This document shows, in pieces, positions 39,629 through 50,040 of a stretch of 64,000 nucleotides of DNA (positions are counted from its first letter, which is position 1; every line of letters begins with the position of its first letter). The DNA lies in the NCBI GenBank assembly GCA_965140585.1, contig OZ223270.1, positions 192,001-256,000 of the forward strand, in the 5' to 3' direction. Made by a program: the position numbers and the translations under genes. The notes beneath the pieces were generated by a model. That model was given only the letters and a program-made list of their open reading frames with translations. It had not been told where the DNA came from and made no database searches. Origin of the DNA: Spirochaetia bacterium. GTDB taxonomy: Bacteria; Spirochaetota; Spirochaetia; UBA9216.

Positions 39629-40020
39629 ACAAAAAGGCTATACTTTGCGTAGATGACGAAGCCATTATTCTGATGTCAATCAAACAGGAACTTAAAAATC
39701 ATTTCAAAACACGTTTTCTTTATGAAACAGCTCTGAATGCTGAAGAAGCCCTTGAGATAGTAAATGATCTAACAGATGAAGGAGTGACACTGATTCTGGT
39801 GATTTCAGACTGGCTTATGCCCGGCATGAAGGGTGACGAATTTCTTCGCAAGATTCGAAATATCAATCCGGATATAAAAACAATGATGATCACCGGGCAT
39901 GCGGCAAAGGATGCTCTTGAAGCTGTAGAAAAAGAAAATCTTGCGGACAGAATCCTCATAAAACCCTGGAGAAACTCGCAGCTTATCTCGGCTGTAGAAG
40001 AAATAATTCCTCAGGTATAA
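39625..40020 (+). CDS. Single-domain response regulator
   Basis: VDDE, SDWLMP.M.G, ITG, KPW; GTGA overlap with the kinase. Confidence 0.92.
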   Translation: MNKKAILCVDDEAIILMSIKQELKNHFKTRFLYETALNAEEALEIVNDLTDEGVTLILVISDWLMPGMKGDEFLRKIRNINPDIKTMMITGHAAKDALEAVEKENLADRILIKPWRNSQLISAVEEIIPQV

Positions 40021-40095
40021 TAATTATTAGCCCCTGTTTGTCGCCTTCTTTTATTTTTAGTATATTAGAATATACATATACAGGCAGGAGGTAAT

Positions 40096-40410
40096 ATGTC
40101 TCAAATAGCAGACAGTTTTGAAGAACTGGTTAAAACTAATGAACTTCCGGTACTTGTTGATTTTTACGCCGACTGGTGCGGTCCCTGTAAAATGGTAAGC
40201 CCCGTGATTGAAAGACTTGCCAAAGAATACAAGGGTAAAATCACAACAGTTAAGGTCAATACCGAAAAAAAGCAGAATATTGCATACCAGTATTCCATAG
40301 TTTCAATACCCACTATCATGCTTTTTCACAAGGGCAAACAGCTCATGCGTCTTGAAGGCGCTTATCCTTACGAATCACTTAAAGCAGAACTGGATCGCAA
40401 TCTTCCATAA
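40096..40410 (+). CDS. trxA: Thioredoxin
   Basis: DFYADWCGPCK, SIPT. Confidence 0.95.
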   Translation: MSQIADSFEELVKTNELPVLVDFYADWCGPCKMVSPVIERLAKEYKGKITTVKVNTEKKQNIAYQYSIVSIPTIMLFHKGKQLMRLEGAYPYESLKAELDRNLP

Positions 40411-40435
40411 AAAGAGCCGGATTTATCCGGCTTTA
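40411..40435. terminator. Bidirectional terminator between trxA and wrbA
   Basis: AGCCGGAT-tt-ATCCGGCT flanked by A and T runs. Confidence 0.7.
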
Positions 40436-40459
40436 ATAAGGCTATACGCTGCAGCCTGT

Positions 40460-41068
40460 TCAGGCTGCAAGTTTAGCTGCAATCTTCCCTACTCTGACGG
40501 CAAGGATTGATGCAAGCTGTTTTTCTGAATCACTGGGAAGTCTTGAACCATCCCCGGCAGAGACAGTTGTTGCTCCGTAAAAGGAACCGCCCTCTACCTC
40601 GGAACTGTTGAAAAGCAAGGGTTCAGTCTGCGGAAGACCGACAAAGATCATTCCATGATGCAGAAATGGGACCATTGATGTCAGAAGTGTAGACTCCTGC
40701 CCGCTGTGCTGGGTAGCCGAACCGGCAATCAGTCCGTAGGGTTTACCTACCAGAGCTCCGGACTGCCATAAACCACCGGTAGCATCAACAAAGGTCTTGA
40801 ACTGTGCAGGCATATTTCCAAATCTTGTAGGAAATGAGAATACAAACCCGTTATATTCAGGAAGCTTTTCAACATCAACCAGCGGAACATCCGCAAATGC
40901 TTTCTGAGCTTCAAGCGCTCCCATTTTTTCAAGAATGTCATCAGACAGGGTCTCAGGTACTCTGAGCAGATCCACCTCTACTCCTTCTCTCTTTAAACCT
41001 TCTGCTGCAGCTGCAGCCATAGCATAATTATGACCATAGGTCGAATAAAACAAAACAGCAATCTTCAT
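40460..41068 (-). CDS. wrbA: NAD(P)H:quinone oxidoreductase WrbA
   Basis: FYSTYGH, RVPETL, PTRFGNM, TGGLW, QH.GQE.T, HHGM, GG..YGA.T. Confidence 0.93.
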   Translation of the reverse strand: MKIAVLFYSTYGHNYAMAAAAAEGLKREGVEVDLLRVPETLSDDILEKMGALEAQKAFADVPLVDVEKLPEYNGFVFSFPTRFGNMPAQFKTFVDATGGLWQSGALVGKPYGLIAGSATQHSGQESTLLTSMVPFLHHGMIFVGLPQTEPLLFNSSEVEGGSFYGATTVSAGDGSRLPSDSEKQLASILAVRVGKIAAKLAA

Positions 41069-41086
41069 TTAAGACTCCTTAAGATA

Positions 41087-41518
41087 CTAAATAAGACCTG
41101 TACCTAGTTTTTTACACAGAGCGCCCAACTGCGCCTGCTCTTCTGCGGTCAGGACCTTCATACAATTAGATATACTCCGGGCATGCCGGGGGAAAATATC
41201 TGCAATAAGATTTCTTCCCTCGGGTGTCAGGCTAATGTATGTTTTACGCCGGTCCTTCAGACAGGGACGTCTTTCAACAAGCCCCTTTTTCTGAAGATTA
41301 TCAATTACCATTGTAAGATTCCCCTTTGTCTTGAGAATCTTTGCCGATAAATCTTTGGCAGTTAAATCACCCTTATGAAGGAGAACCTCAAGCACTCCGA
41401 ACTGACTGATAGTAAGTCCGCTGGCTTCAAGTTCCTCAGCAGCTACTAATGAGGATATCACTGCCTCTGCTCTAAGAAGTTTTGTATATGTATTTAATGC
41501 CAAATAATTCTCATTCAT
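41087..41518 (-). CDS. MarR-family regulator (MhqR-like)
   Basis: 'LTISQFGVLE.L.HKG', 'GNLTMVIDNL.KKGLVER', 'DRR....LT.EG'; upstream of wrbA. Confidence 0.9.
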   Translation of the reverse strand: MNENYLALNTYTKLLRAEAVISSLVAAEELEASGLTISQFGVLEVLLHKGDLTAKDLSAKILKTKGNLTMVIDNLQKKGLVERRPCLKDRRKTYISLTPEGRNLIADIFPRHARSISNCMKVLTAEEQAQLGALCKKLGTGLI

Positions 41519-41712
41519 ATTAGTAAAATATTAAACTATTCAATATTAAACCTTTAGTCAAGAAAAAAATGCAGAAAACTTGTATTTTTGTAATATCAAT
41601 CAATTTAATTTACAAATGGATTTCCTGCCCTTATATTTAATTCAGCTTAAAATCCTATAAAATTGTAGATTCATACAGGGTGATTTTTACTGACTTTTTG
41701 ATATATATTGAG

Positions 41713-42624
41713 ATGATGGACATATTTTACCTTAAAAATTTCCTTTCCGTTGCCAAATATCTCAACTTTACAAAAGCGGCGGCTGAATGCGGACTTACTC
41801 AGACAGCGATGAGTACACAGATCTTCAAAATGGAAGAAGAACTGGGTTTCAAATTGTTCGAAAGGAATAACCGCACAGTACGACTTACGAAGGCAGGAGA
41901 ACAGTTTTTCCTGGATACAGCAAACCTGCTAGAGACATATAACGCAAATGTAGGAAGAGCAAAGAGTATATCAGAAGGGATAGAAGGTTTGATCAAAATT
42001 GGGTTTCCTAATTATATAGGCAGGATAGATATGCCTGAGGTAACGGGAGAATTCAGTAAAAGATACCCTGAGACAGGTATTGAAATAATACAGAACGAAA
42101 ACTGGCTCCTCCTAGATCAATTAAAGTACAACAAGGCTGATATCGTCCAGACCTTTCCCTATGATCTCAGTTCAATTGAAGATGTGAGAACAATAAAAGT
42201 CGGTTCATTTAGAATGCTTGCAGCTGTTAACAGCACACATAGTCTAGCCGGATACAGTGAGCTTACAATTGACATGATAAATAATGAAACAATTATTATT
42301 CATGAAGATTCCAACATGCCGGAACTCAATACTCAGATGTTTCAGGATTGGTCAAAATCAGGAATCAAGCCCCAAAAAACCGTTTTGACAAAAGGCCTTG
42401 ATTCTATCCTATTCATGGTGGAAGCAGGTTATGGGATATCTTTTGTGCCTGTCTTTATAAATCTGCCGACACATAGCACAAAGATAAAATTCATACCTAT
42501 TAAGGACTTTGATATAAAAATGGATATTGTTCTTGCATACCGTGAATCAAATTCAAACCCGGTGCTAAAAAAATACGTTGAGTTCGCATCAGAATATTAC
42601 AGCATCAATAATCAGCAAGAATAA
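41713..42624 (+). CDS. LysR-family regulator (copy 1)
   Basis: 'LNFTKAA..C..TQ.A.S.QI..MEEELG..LF.R' HTH. Confidence 0.92.
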   Translation: MMDIFYLKNFLSVAKYLNFTKAAAECGLTQTAMSTQIFKMEEELGFKLFERNNRTVRLTKAGEQFFLDTANLLETYNANVGRAKSISEGIEGLIKIGFPNYIGRIDMPEVTGEFSKRYPETGIEIIQNENWLLLDQLKYNKADIVQTFPYDLSSIEDVRTIKVGSFRMLAAVNSTHSLAGYSELTIDMINNETIIIHEDSNMPELNTQMFQDWSKSGIKPQKTVLTKGLDSILFMVEAGYGISFVPVFINLPTHSTKIKFIPIKDFDIKMDIVLAYRESNSNPVLKKYVEFASEYYSINNQQE

Positions 42625-43162
42625 GCTCAGATACTTCATCATCAGTTAGTTCTTTCTGAAGCTTCACGATCTCCATTTCACCTTCAGGATTTTCATAAAC
42701 AAGAACCAGAAGATATTTAATCTCTGAGCTGCCGTCACCGGTATATGAACAAAGAAGCCGGTATTTAAATCCGGCGACAACCTGCATGTAGGCGGCCTGA
42801 GGAGTATCCATATTGAGTATTATTCCACTCTTTTCAAGACGGGGCATCAGCCAGATATAAGCAGACAGCACTTCAGGAGCATTAGGAGCAACCCGTGCAT
42901 ACGCTCCTGCAATCTGATGAATTTCCTCAGGCTGAAAGCCCGGCAGTGAATGCGGGACAGCTTGAGCATCAGGTGTCACGGTCTCAGATGCGGGTTTCTG
43001 CTCCGAGACCGGATCCTGAACAGCAGCCTCAGGTACAAAGTTTTCTGTTCCGGCTCTCTCAGTCTGACAGCCTGCAAACGGAAGGAGAATAACTGAGACA
43101 GTGATTAAATAAAAAACACAAACTGAATACCGGTCTGTTTTAGTCTTCTGAAGAGTTCTCAT
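42605..43162 (-). CDS. Putative lipoprotein with a cystatin-like QVVAG motif
   Basis: Hydrophobic stretch ending FAGC; Pro/Ala linker; 'AYMQVVAGFKYRL'. Confidence 0.6.
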   Translation of the reverse strand: MRTLQKTKTDRYSVCVFYLITVSVILLPFAGCQTERAGTENFVPEAAVQDPVSEQKPASETVTPDAQAVPHSLPGFQPEEIHQIAGAYARVAPNAPEVLSAYIWLMPRLEKSGIILNMDTPQAAYMQVVAGFKYRLLCSYTGDGSSEIKYLLVLVYENPEGEMEIVKLQKELTDDEVSELILADY

Positions 43163-43335
43163 AATTAAATTCTCCCTCGAAATATTTTACTACGGAAACT
43201 GGAACATTTGCATTCATAATCCGGATGCAGTTCAGAAATATCAGCAATTTAAGTGCTCACGTGATGAAAATAATTCATTTTACATCTGGGAATTAAATAG
43301 ATAATATATTATCTAAAACAAATTCAGGAGAATCT

Positions 43336-45213
43336 ATGAAAAATCTCAGTAAAATTATTGCGGCGGCAGGACTGTTGATGCTTGTCTTTGCAGTAATCTT
43401 CTCATGCAGTACACCAAATACTGCAGAAGGCAAACGCTTCACACCGGGAAAATACCCGGTAACAATTTCAGGACACGGCGGCGACATTGAATTCGAGGTG
43501 GAAATGTCAGAAACAGGAATCATGGCCATTACAGTTATCAGCGAATCAGAGACTGACGGACTTGGCAAACCAGCACTAGAAAAAATGGCATCAAAAATAA
43601 TAGCTGAACAAAGCCTTGATGTTGATGCAGTGACCGGAGCATCAGACTCCTCTGATGCGGTAAAGGAGGCTGTCTTGATAGCTTTAGAAAAAGCCGGCGG
43701 AACTGCAGCAGATCTTCGTCCGTCTGTCCGGGAAAACAGTCTTCAGAATGAAGAGATTACAGCAGATGTTGTTGTTGTCGGAGGAGGAGCTTCAGGTACA
43801 GCAGCAGCACTTGCAGCTGCAGAAAAAGGAGCAAATGTTATTGTTCTCGAAAAAGCATCCACTCCCGGAGGTGCCGGAAGATTTTTTGCAGAAGGACTTC
43901 TGGCATTTGAAAGTAATCAGCAGAAAGACCTTGGAATTAAATATACCGTAGAACAAGCATTCAAATTTCTTGCTGAATATACTCATCTGAAAAATAACGG
44001 AGATCTTACCAGAACAATACTTGCTGAAAGCGCATCAACAATTGACTGGATGGCTAAATATGGCGCAGAGACCAAACTGATCCCCAATACACAGAAAGCT
44101 CATGTAAGTGATCCTGCAACCTATCACAAATATGTAGACAAACATCAGGCATATGACACAATGTACTCTAAATTTGAAAACATGGGTGGGAAATTGTACA
44201 CCGATACTGCAGGTAAAAAACTCATAATTGAAAACGGAAAAGTCACAGGAATTATTGCTGAAAAAGCTGACGGATCAAAACTGACCGTTAGAGCCGAATC
44301 AGTAATTCTTGCAACAGGCGGTTTCGGAGGCAATGATGAAATGATAAGAAAGTATATGAATGTAACCGACTATGCCACTCTCGCATATGCAAACAATGTT
44401 GGAGACGGCTTCAACATGGCTGTTGAAGCAGGTGCAGACGAGTTTAACCCCGGAATTGCAGTTCATTCTGCTCTTATCCCTGTAAAAGATCCCAAAATAT
44501 GGCAGGGAACTGCAGGGCAGCTTCACAATATTCCCCTTATGTGGATAAACAGAGAGGGAAAGCGATTTGTGGATGAATCAGCTGTTTACGACTTCGCTTT
44601 ATGGGGCAATGCCGTAGTTGTACAGGGAGGAGTTTATTATACTGTTGTCGATGAAAGAACCATGAAGCTTCTTTCAAATGAAGGTTCACCGCTGACAAAC
44701 TCCTTTGAACAAACCTATCTTGTCGGTGCAAATGTAGATACTAATCTTGCTTCCGGCGTTGTTGCTCCGCTTGAGAACCTTTACGAGTCAATGGACGCAA
44801 CCATTCAAGCCGGCGGAGCATTCAAAGCCGATACACTGGAAGAACTTGCGGCAGCTATGGATGTTAACCCTGAAAATCTTAAGGCGGCGGCTGCATCCTA
44901 CACAGAAGCTGTAAGGACAGGAAATGACACTATGTTTTTCAAGGCTAAAGAATACCTGAAATATGGTGTTTCCGAAGGGCCGTTCTACGCAATAAAAGCT
45001 GCGGCACTTGTTGAAAACTCAATCGGCGGTGTTCGAGTTAACAGCAATCTTGAAGTCCTTACTGATGAAATGAAAGTAATCCCCGGACTCTTTGCCGTCG
45101 GATGCGATGCAGGAAGTCTGTATGGAGATTCTTACCCTGTCTACGAGGGGCTGTGCCTTTCCTTTGCCTTCAATTCCGGAAGGCTTGCCGGATATGAGGC
45201 TGCTGAGCAGTAA
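43336..45213 (+). CDS. Lipoprotein flavocytochrome-c/fumarate-reductase-family FAD oxidoreductase with FMN-bind domain
   Basis: Lipobox IFSC; flavinylation motif 'VDAVTGAS'; FAD motifs VVVVGGGASG and VILATGGF; 'N..GKRFVDE', 'GPFYA', 'IPGLFAVG'. Confidence 0.9.
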   Translation: MKNLSKIIAAAGLLMLVFAVIFSCSTPNTAEGKRFTPGKYPVTISGHGGDIEFEVEMSETGIMAITVISESETDGLGKPALEKMASKIIAEQSLDVDAVTGASDSSDAVKEAVLIALEKAGGTAADLRPSVRENSLQNEEITADVVVVGGGASGTAAALAAAEKGANVIVLEKASTPGGAGRFFAEGLLAFESNQQKDLGIKYTVEQAFKFLAEYTHLKNNGDLTRTILAESASTIDWMAKYGAETKLIPNTQKAHVSDPATYHKYVDKHQAYDTMYSKFENMGGKLYTDTAGKKLIIENGKVTGIIAEKADGSKLTVRAESVILATGGFGGNDEMIRKYMNVTDYATLAYANNVGDGFNMAVEAGADEFNPGIAVHSALIPVKDPKIWQGTAGQLHNIPLMWINREGKRFVDESAVYDFALWGNAVVVQGGVYYTVVDERTMKLLSNEGSPLTNSFEQTYLVGANVDTNLASGVVAPLENLYESMDATIQAGGAFKADTLEELAAAMDVNPENLKAAAASYTEAVRTGNDTMFFKAKEYLKYGVSEGPFYAIKAAALVENSIGGVRVNSNLEVLTDEMKVIPGLFAVGCDAGSLYGDSYPVYEGLCLSFAFNSGRLAGYEAAEQ

Positions 45214-45224
45214 AATCATATCAG

Positions 45225-45260
45225 AAGACCCTGACTGCTGATGCGGGCGGGGTCTTTTTA
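45225..45260 (+). terminator. Intrinsic terminator after the reductase
   Basis: AAGACCCTG...CGGGGTCTT-TTT. Confidence 0.6.
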
Positions 45261-45274
45261 ATGTATAATCAATT

Positions 45275-46162
45275 ATGGATCTGATAAGCATAAAAAACTT
45301 CACAGTTGCAGCAGAATATCTGAATTTTACAAGAGCTGCCGGAGAATGCGGGCTGACCCAGACTGCAATGAGTGCTCAAATTTCAAAACTTGAAGAAGAA
45401 GCAGGATTTAAACTTTTTGACAGGAACAACAGGGAAGTCCGTTTAACACGAGCCGGAGAAAGCTTTTTACTAGACGCAAAAAGAATACTCGATCTTCATG
45501 AATCTTCAATTTCAAAAGGCAGACTCATAAACGAGGGATATAAGGGGACTCTCAAAATCAGTTTTCCAAACTACCTTGGAAGACTGAATCTGCCATCTGT
45601 AATCAGCAGTTTCAATAAAAAGTTTCCTTCAGTTGATCTGGAAATAAACCAGAGTGAAAACTGGAGCATACTTGAAGATCTTAAATACGGCAAAACAGAT
45701 ATCATCCAGGCTTTTCCATATGATCTGCTAAACACAGTTAATATTGACACTTTTAAAATGGGAACATTTTGTATTGTTGCCGCAGTTAAATCAGACTCGC
45801 CAGAAGCCTTACTCCCTAAGATTCCGATCTCTGTAATCAACAAATCCACAGTAATTATTCACGAAGATCTTGCAAATCCGGAGATGGGAAGAATCCTGCA
45901 GCGGGACTGGGAGGGCGCCGGTATTTCTCCATCCAGAATAAAAAAAACCCGGGGCCTGGATTCAATTCTACTATTAGTCGAATCGGGATTCGGAATGAGC
46001 CTTCTTCCCGAATACGTAAAAACTCCTCAGGCTACTAGAGGAATATCGTTTATCCCAATAGAAAATTTTGATATTAAGCTTGAAGTTGTGTTTGCCTGGC
46101 TGAAGACAAATCAAAATCCAGCACTTCATAATTTCATCAAGGAACTCAGTGAGATGTTCTAA
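45275..46162 (+). CDS. LysR-family regulator (copy 2, paralogue of 41713..42624)
   Basis: Same HTH; shared FPNY.GR, ENW, FPYDL, IIHED, GLDSIL and FDIK blocks. Confidence 0.92.
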   Translation: MDLISIKNFTVAAEYLNFTRAAGECGLTQTAMSAQISKLEEEAGFKLFDRNNREVRLTRAGESFLLDAKRILDLHESSISKGRLINEGYKGTLKISFPNYLGRLNLPSVISSFNKKFPSVDLEINQSENWSILEDLKYGKTDIIQAFPYDLLNTVNIDTFKMGTFCIVAAVKSDSPEALLPKIPISVINKSTVIIHEDLANPEMGRILQRDWEGAGISPSRIKKTRGLDSILLLVESGFGMSLLPEYVKTPQATRGISFIPIENFDIKLEVVFAWLKTNQNPALHNFIKELSEMF

Positions 46163-46274
46163 TCAAGCAGACGTTTCTGTCCTTCAAGAGCTCTGATCTC
46201 CGTTACATCCTGGCTGAATTCAAGAACACCCCTATTGGAATTACCTTCAAACATTGCAAAATAGCGGATATGAA

Positions 46275-47101
46275 TGAAGCGCCCCTCGAGTGTAATCCAG
46301 GGTAATTATTTACACATCAGGGTATGACTTTCTTCCTGTTCATAATACATCATTTCAAATTCTTTGGGAGATAAATATCACAGAGGTTCCATGATCCTGT
46401 GATTATTAAACCAGTCCACCCAGTCGAGTGTTGCCAATTCCACCTGTTCAATAGACCGCCAGCGGCCATCTTTATGAATAGCTTCTGCCTTATAAAGACC
46501 ATTTATCGTTTCAGCCATGGCATTGTCATATGAATCGCCTTTACTCCGATCACTGTGATGAATTAGCCTTTCCGTTACCTCCCTTGCCCACAATGCCTGC
46601 TTGAGGACATCAAGAGTAGAATCTGTTTTCAAACCATACCCGGCGGATCTCATTTTTTAGAATATTATCTCGTTGTCCTCTCGGTGGTTCCCGGTTAGGA
46701 TCTGATTGACGTGATTTCATCTCGTAGTAGGTTGAAGGAGCGATCTGAATATTCTTGCAGAGAGGCTCGACTCCGTGATCAATCCTGTTTTCATCTGTGA
46801 AACCGATCATTATTTCTTTCGGCGTTCGAGCTCTTTGATACGAGCACGGTCATCGCTGGACAAACCGTCTTTTATTCCCTGATCGATTTCTTACTGTTTA
46901 ACCCATTTCCTCAGAGACTCTTGGGTACACCCTGTTTTTGATGCGATGGACATTATTGCTGCCCACCGAGATTCATAATCTTTTTCATGGTCAAAGACCA
47001 TTCTTACTGCCCGCTCTTTAACTTCTTGAGCATACCTAATTCGTTTTCCCATAACACAATCCTCTCACATAATTGTGTCTCCGGAAAACCCGGGCGGTTC
47101 A
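46275..47101 (-). mobile_element. Degenerate IS3-family (IS51/IS629-like) element
   Basis: Ends TGAACCGCCCGGGTTTTCCGGAGAC (minus, from 47101) and TGAAGCGCCCC (46275). orfA MGKRIRYAQEVKERAVRMV...WVKQ* has a premature stop; orfB fragments 'IAPSTYY', 'HHSDR|SKGDSYDNAMAETINGLYKAE', 'WVDWFN' show internal deletions. Confidence 0.9.
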
Positions 47102-47318
47102 GTTCAGTGAACAGCCGGAACCTTATGATCTTTAATGGTTCAGAAAAAAACATAAATTTTATGACACCTTTGCATGATTCCCAAAAAAGATACTCGGAGT
47201 GTCTGAGTTGATAAGTTTGCGCACTCCTCTTCGAATTATCCGGAATGAGATTATCTTCCTAAAATAAGGGCTCAATTACTCCAACCCAAGCATTATCTCT
47301 CAGATTCATAAAAAATTA

Positions 47319-48818
47319 TTAAACTATAACTTCTTCAAATCGTATCATATTCCAGGAACACTTACTCAAAACAATTGTAAATATATTTGAAACACCCTGA
47401 TTGAGCCTTTGTTTCACAGGAACTACATTTTCAGGTTTTTCCATTGTATTAAAAGCGAATAAGTCATTTCCTTTCAGAGCTTCGAAATCAACCATACATA
47501 GCATTGAGAAATTGCTAAATTCTATTCGTAATTCAATATCTTCATCGAGATCCATATTCAATATAAAAACAGATAACTCATGTATATCAGCATCATAGGT
47601 AATCAAAGTCTGAATTGAAGGAACTTTCCCATACTTGTTTGTTTCAATATAATCGCATTGAGTTATACTCTTAAGCACCTGCCCCATGCCATAATTGCTA
47701 ACCTGCTTATAAGGATAATAAGTAGAATGAAGCAAAACATCTCCATTCGGTTCGGTATGAATTGGCGATATGGTATTAACAAGCTGGGCCAGACAAGCAA
47801 TTTTAACTCTATCCGCATTGTTTACTATAGTACACAGAAGGCCTCCAACAACAAGGGCATCAAGTAAAGTATATTTTTCTTCTGATAACCGTGGCGCCTT
47901 TTTCCATCGTTCAACCCCAATATTCTCGGAATCCCAAACATTCCATTCATCAAGCGAGAGATTAATTGTACGATTTGATCTATGTTTTGCTTTCAAATAA
48001 TCAGCTGTCGATTTAATAGTATGTATAAAATCATCTAAATCAAAATAAGAAGCAAGAAAATCTGTTTCATTTCCTTCATATTTATAATACCTGTGAAGCG
48101 ATATATAATCTACATATTCATAACAAATATCAAGTACCTGAAGATCCCACTCCGGAAAGGTAGTCATCTCCTTGCTTGAGCTTCCGCAGACAACAAGTTC
48201 AATCTCAGGATCAACCCACTTCATTATTTTTGCGGTTTCTCTTGCCTTTTTCCCATACTCTTCTGCGGTAAGCTGACAGGTCTGCCAGGGACCATCCATT
48301 TCATTGCCTAAACACCATAATTTAAACCCATGCGGTTTTTCGTAACCGTTTTTTCTCCGCTTATCGCTCCACAAAGTACCAGCCTTGATATTGCAGTATT
48401 CAATCAGTTGACCTGCTTCCAATGGGGATCCTGTTCCAAGATTGACTGCAATCATTCCCTCCGTAGACGCTTTTTTTACCCACTTTGCAAACTCATCAAT
48501 TCCAAAACTGTTATCTTCTATAGAAAGCCATGCATAATCAAGTCGAGTTGGTCTATCTCTTTTATTGCCGATCCCATCTTTCCAATTATAACCGGAAACA
48601 AAATTCCCTCCTGGATACCTGACAATAGGAACATTTAGATCTTTAACTGCTGTAATAACATCCTGTCTAAATCCATCCTCATCAGCTGTCCGATGTCCAG
48701 GTTCATAAATTCCTGTATAAACAGCACGGCCCATATGCTCAATAAAGGAACCGTAGAGTCTCTCATCAATCTGCGCTGTTACTAATTTACTGTTTATAAA
48801 ACATTCCGCTTTTTTCAA
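47319..48818 (-). CDS. abfA: GH51 alpha-L-arabinofuranosidase
   Basis: GSFIEHMGRAVYTGIYEP, RYPGGNFVSGY, WCLGNEMDG (acid/base), DEWNVW (nucleophile), CLAQLVN; TTG start. Confidence 0.92.
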   Translation of the reverse strand: MKKAECFINSKLVTAQIDERLYGSFIEHMGRAVYTGIYEPGHRTADEDGFRQDVITAVKDLNVPIVRYPGGNFVSGYNWKDGIGNKRDRPTRLDYAWLSIEDNSFGIDEFAKWVKKASTEGMIAVNLGTGSPLEAGQLIEYCNIKAGTLWSDKRRKNGYEKPHGFKLWCLGNEMDGPWQTCQLTAEEYGKKARETAKIMKWVDPEIELVVCGSSSKEMTTFPEWDLQVLDICYEYVDYISLHRYYKYEGNETDFLASYFDLDDFIHTIKSTADYLKAKHRSNRTINLSLDEWNVWDSENIGVERWKKAPRLSEEKYTLLDALVVGGLLCTIVNNADRVKIACLAQLVNTISPIHTEPNGDVLLHSTYYPYKQVSNYGMGQVLKSITQCDYIETNKYGKVPSIQTLITYDADIHELSVFILNMDLDEDIELRIEFSNFSMLCMVDFEALKGNDLFAFNTMEKPENVVPVKQRLNQGVSNIFTIVLSKCSWNMIRFEEVIV

Positions 48819-48914
48819 TATTACTCACCCCATATTATTAACATTGATCTAGCATTTTTTAAAACTTTCAACACTTTGAATCGGCTATAATTTTTAATTT
48901 AAAGGAAATAATAT

Positions 48915-49997
48915 TCATGGAATTAACGCCACCTTAAGATCTCCGTATACACCTGAGGCATATTTAAAAGCCTCTTCCCATTCATCAAGTTTAATAGTTT
49001 TTGTAACAATACCCTCAGTCTTAAGATTTCCATTGTATATATTTTCAATAACAAATGGATAACAGTAAGGACTAAGATGTGATCCCAGGACATCAAGTTC
49101 TTTTCTATCACCTATAATCGACCAGTCTAGAGTTGTCGGTTCAGAAAAAACAGAAAATTCCACAAACCGCCCTAATTTTCTTATCATTTTCATTCCCTGC
49201 ACAACAGAAGAGGGATGTCCTGTCGCCTCAATATAAATATCACATCCGTACCCATCAGTAATATTCAAGATCTCATCTACAACATTAATCTCTAATGGAT
49301 TCATTATTATATCAGCACCGTATTCAAATGCTTTATCCAACCTCTTTTGATCGAGATCCAATACAATCAGTTTTTTTGGTTTCTGCATCATGGCATAAGT
49401 TACCATACCAAGACCCAAAGTACCTGCTCCGGATATAACTACCACATCGTCGCTACTTATCTTGGCTCTGTCAACGCAATGTTTTGAACATGAATACGGC
49501 TCTACCAATAAAGCTTTTTCAAGAGGAAGGGTTATTGGAACCTTGTGAACAATACTTCCTTTTGGGAGACGAATATATTCCGCCATTCCCCCGTTCAGGG
49601 AACTGAAAAAACCGAAGATTTTATGAGGTTGACACATCCAATATTTTCCTGATTTGCAAAATCTACAATCCCAACATGGGACAATTTGATCCGCAACTAA
49701 TCGTTCACCAATTTCATATCCCTTTATATTTTCTCCAAAAGCTGCAACAGTACCAATAAATTCATGCCCGGGGATAAAAGGAGGCTGAACCCAAGCCGGC
49801 TGAATATTACCATCACCCCAGAACATCGAAGCGCCATGCTGGCATTTAAGATCTCCGGCACATATTCCGCACCCCTCTACTTTTAAAATAATATCATCAT
49901 TACCACATTCAGGAACTGGAAAGTTATATTCCAATTTGTAGACTGTTTCACTATAAGCAACTAATGCTTTCATATTCTTGGGAAGTGCCATTATCAT
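48915..49997 (-). CDS. Zn-dependent polyol dehydrogenase (erythritol/L-threitol dehydrogenase-like)
   Basis: CGICAGD.KC..G...FWG, PPFIPGHEF, C..CRFC..G.YWMC, DWSIIGDRKELDVLGSHL.PYCY; start 49997 or 49991. Confidence 0.85.
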   Translation of the reverse strand: MIMALPKNMKALVAYSETVYKLEYNFPVPECGNDDIILKVEGCGICAGDLKCQHGASMFWGDGNIQPAWVQPPFIPGHEFIGTVAAFGENIKGYEIGERLVADQIVPCWDCRFCKSGKYWMCQPHKIFGFFSSLNGGMAEYIRLPKGSIVHKVPITLPLEKALLVEPYSCSKHCVDRAKISSDDVVVISGAGTLGLGMVTYAMMQKPKKLIVLDLDQKRLDKAFEYGADIIMNPLEINVVDEILNITDGYGCDIYIEATGHPSSVVQGMKMIRKLGRFVEFSVFSEPTTLDWSIIGDRKELDVLGSHLSPYCYPFVIENIYNGNLKTEGIVTKTIKLDEWEEAFKYASGVYGDLKVALIP

Positions 49998-50040
49998 TTC
50001 TCCTAAATAAATAATTACAATTATAATTAACTTTATTTTT

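Noticed and set aside
46987-47211. 74-aa plus-strand ORF
   Set aside because: Antisense to IS3 orfA and crosses the IS end
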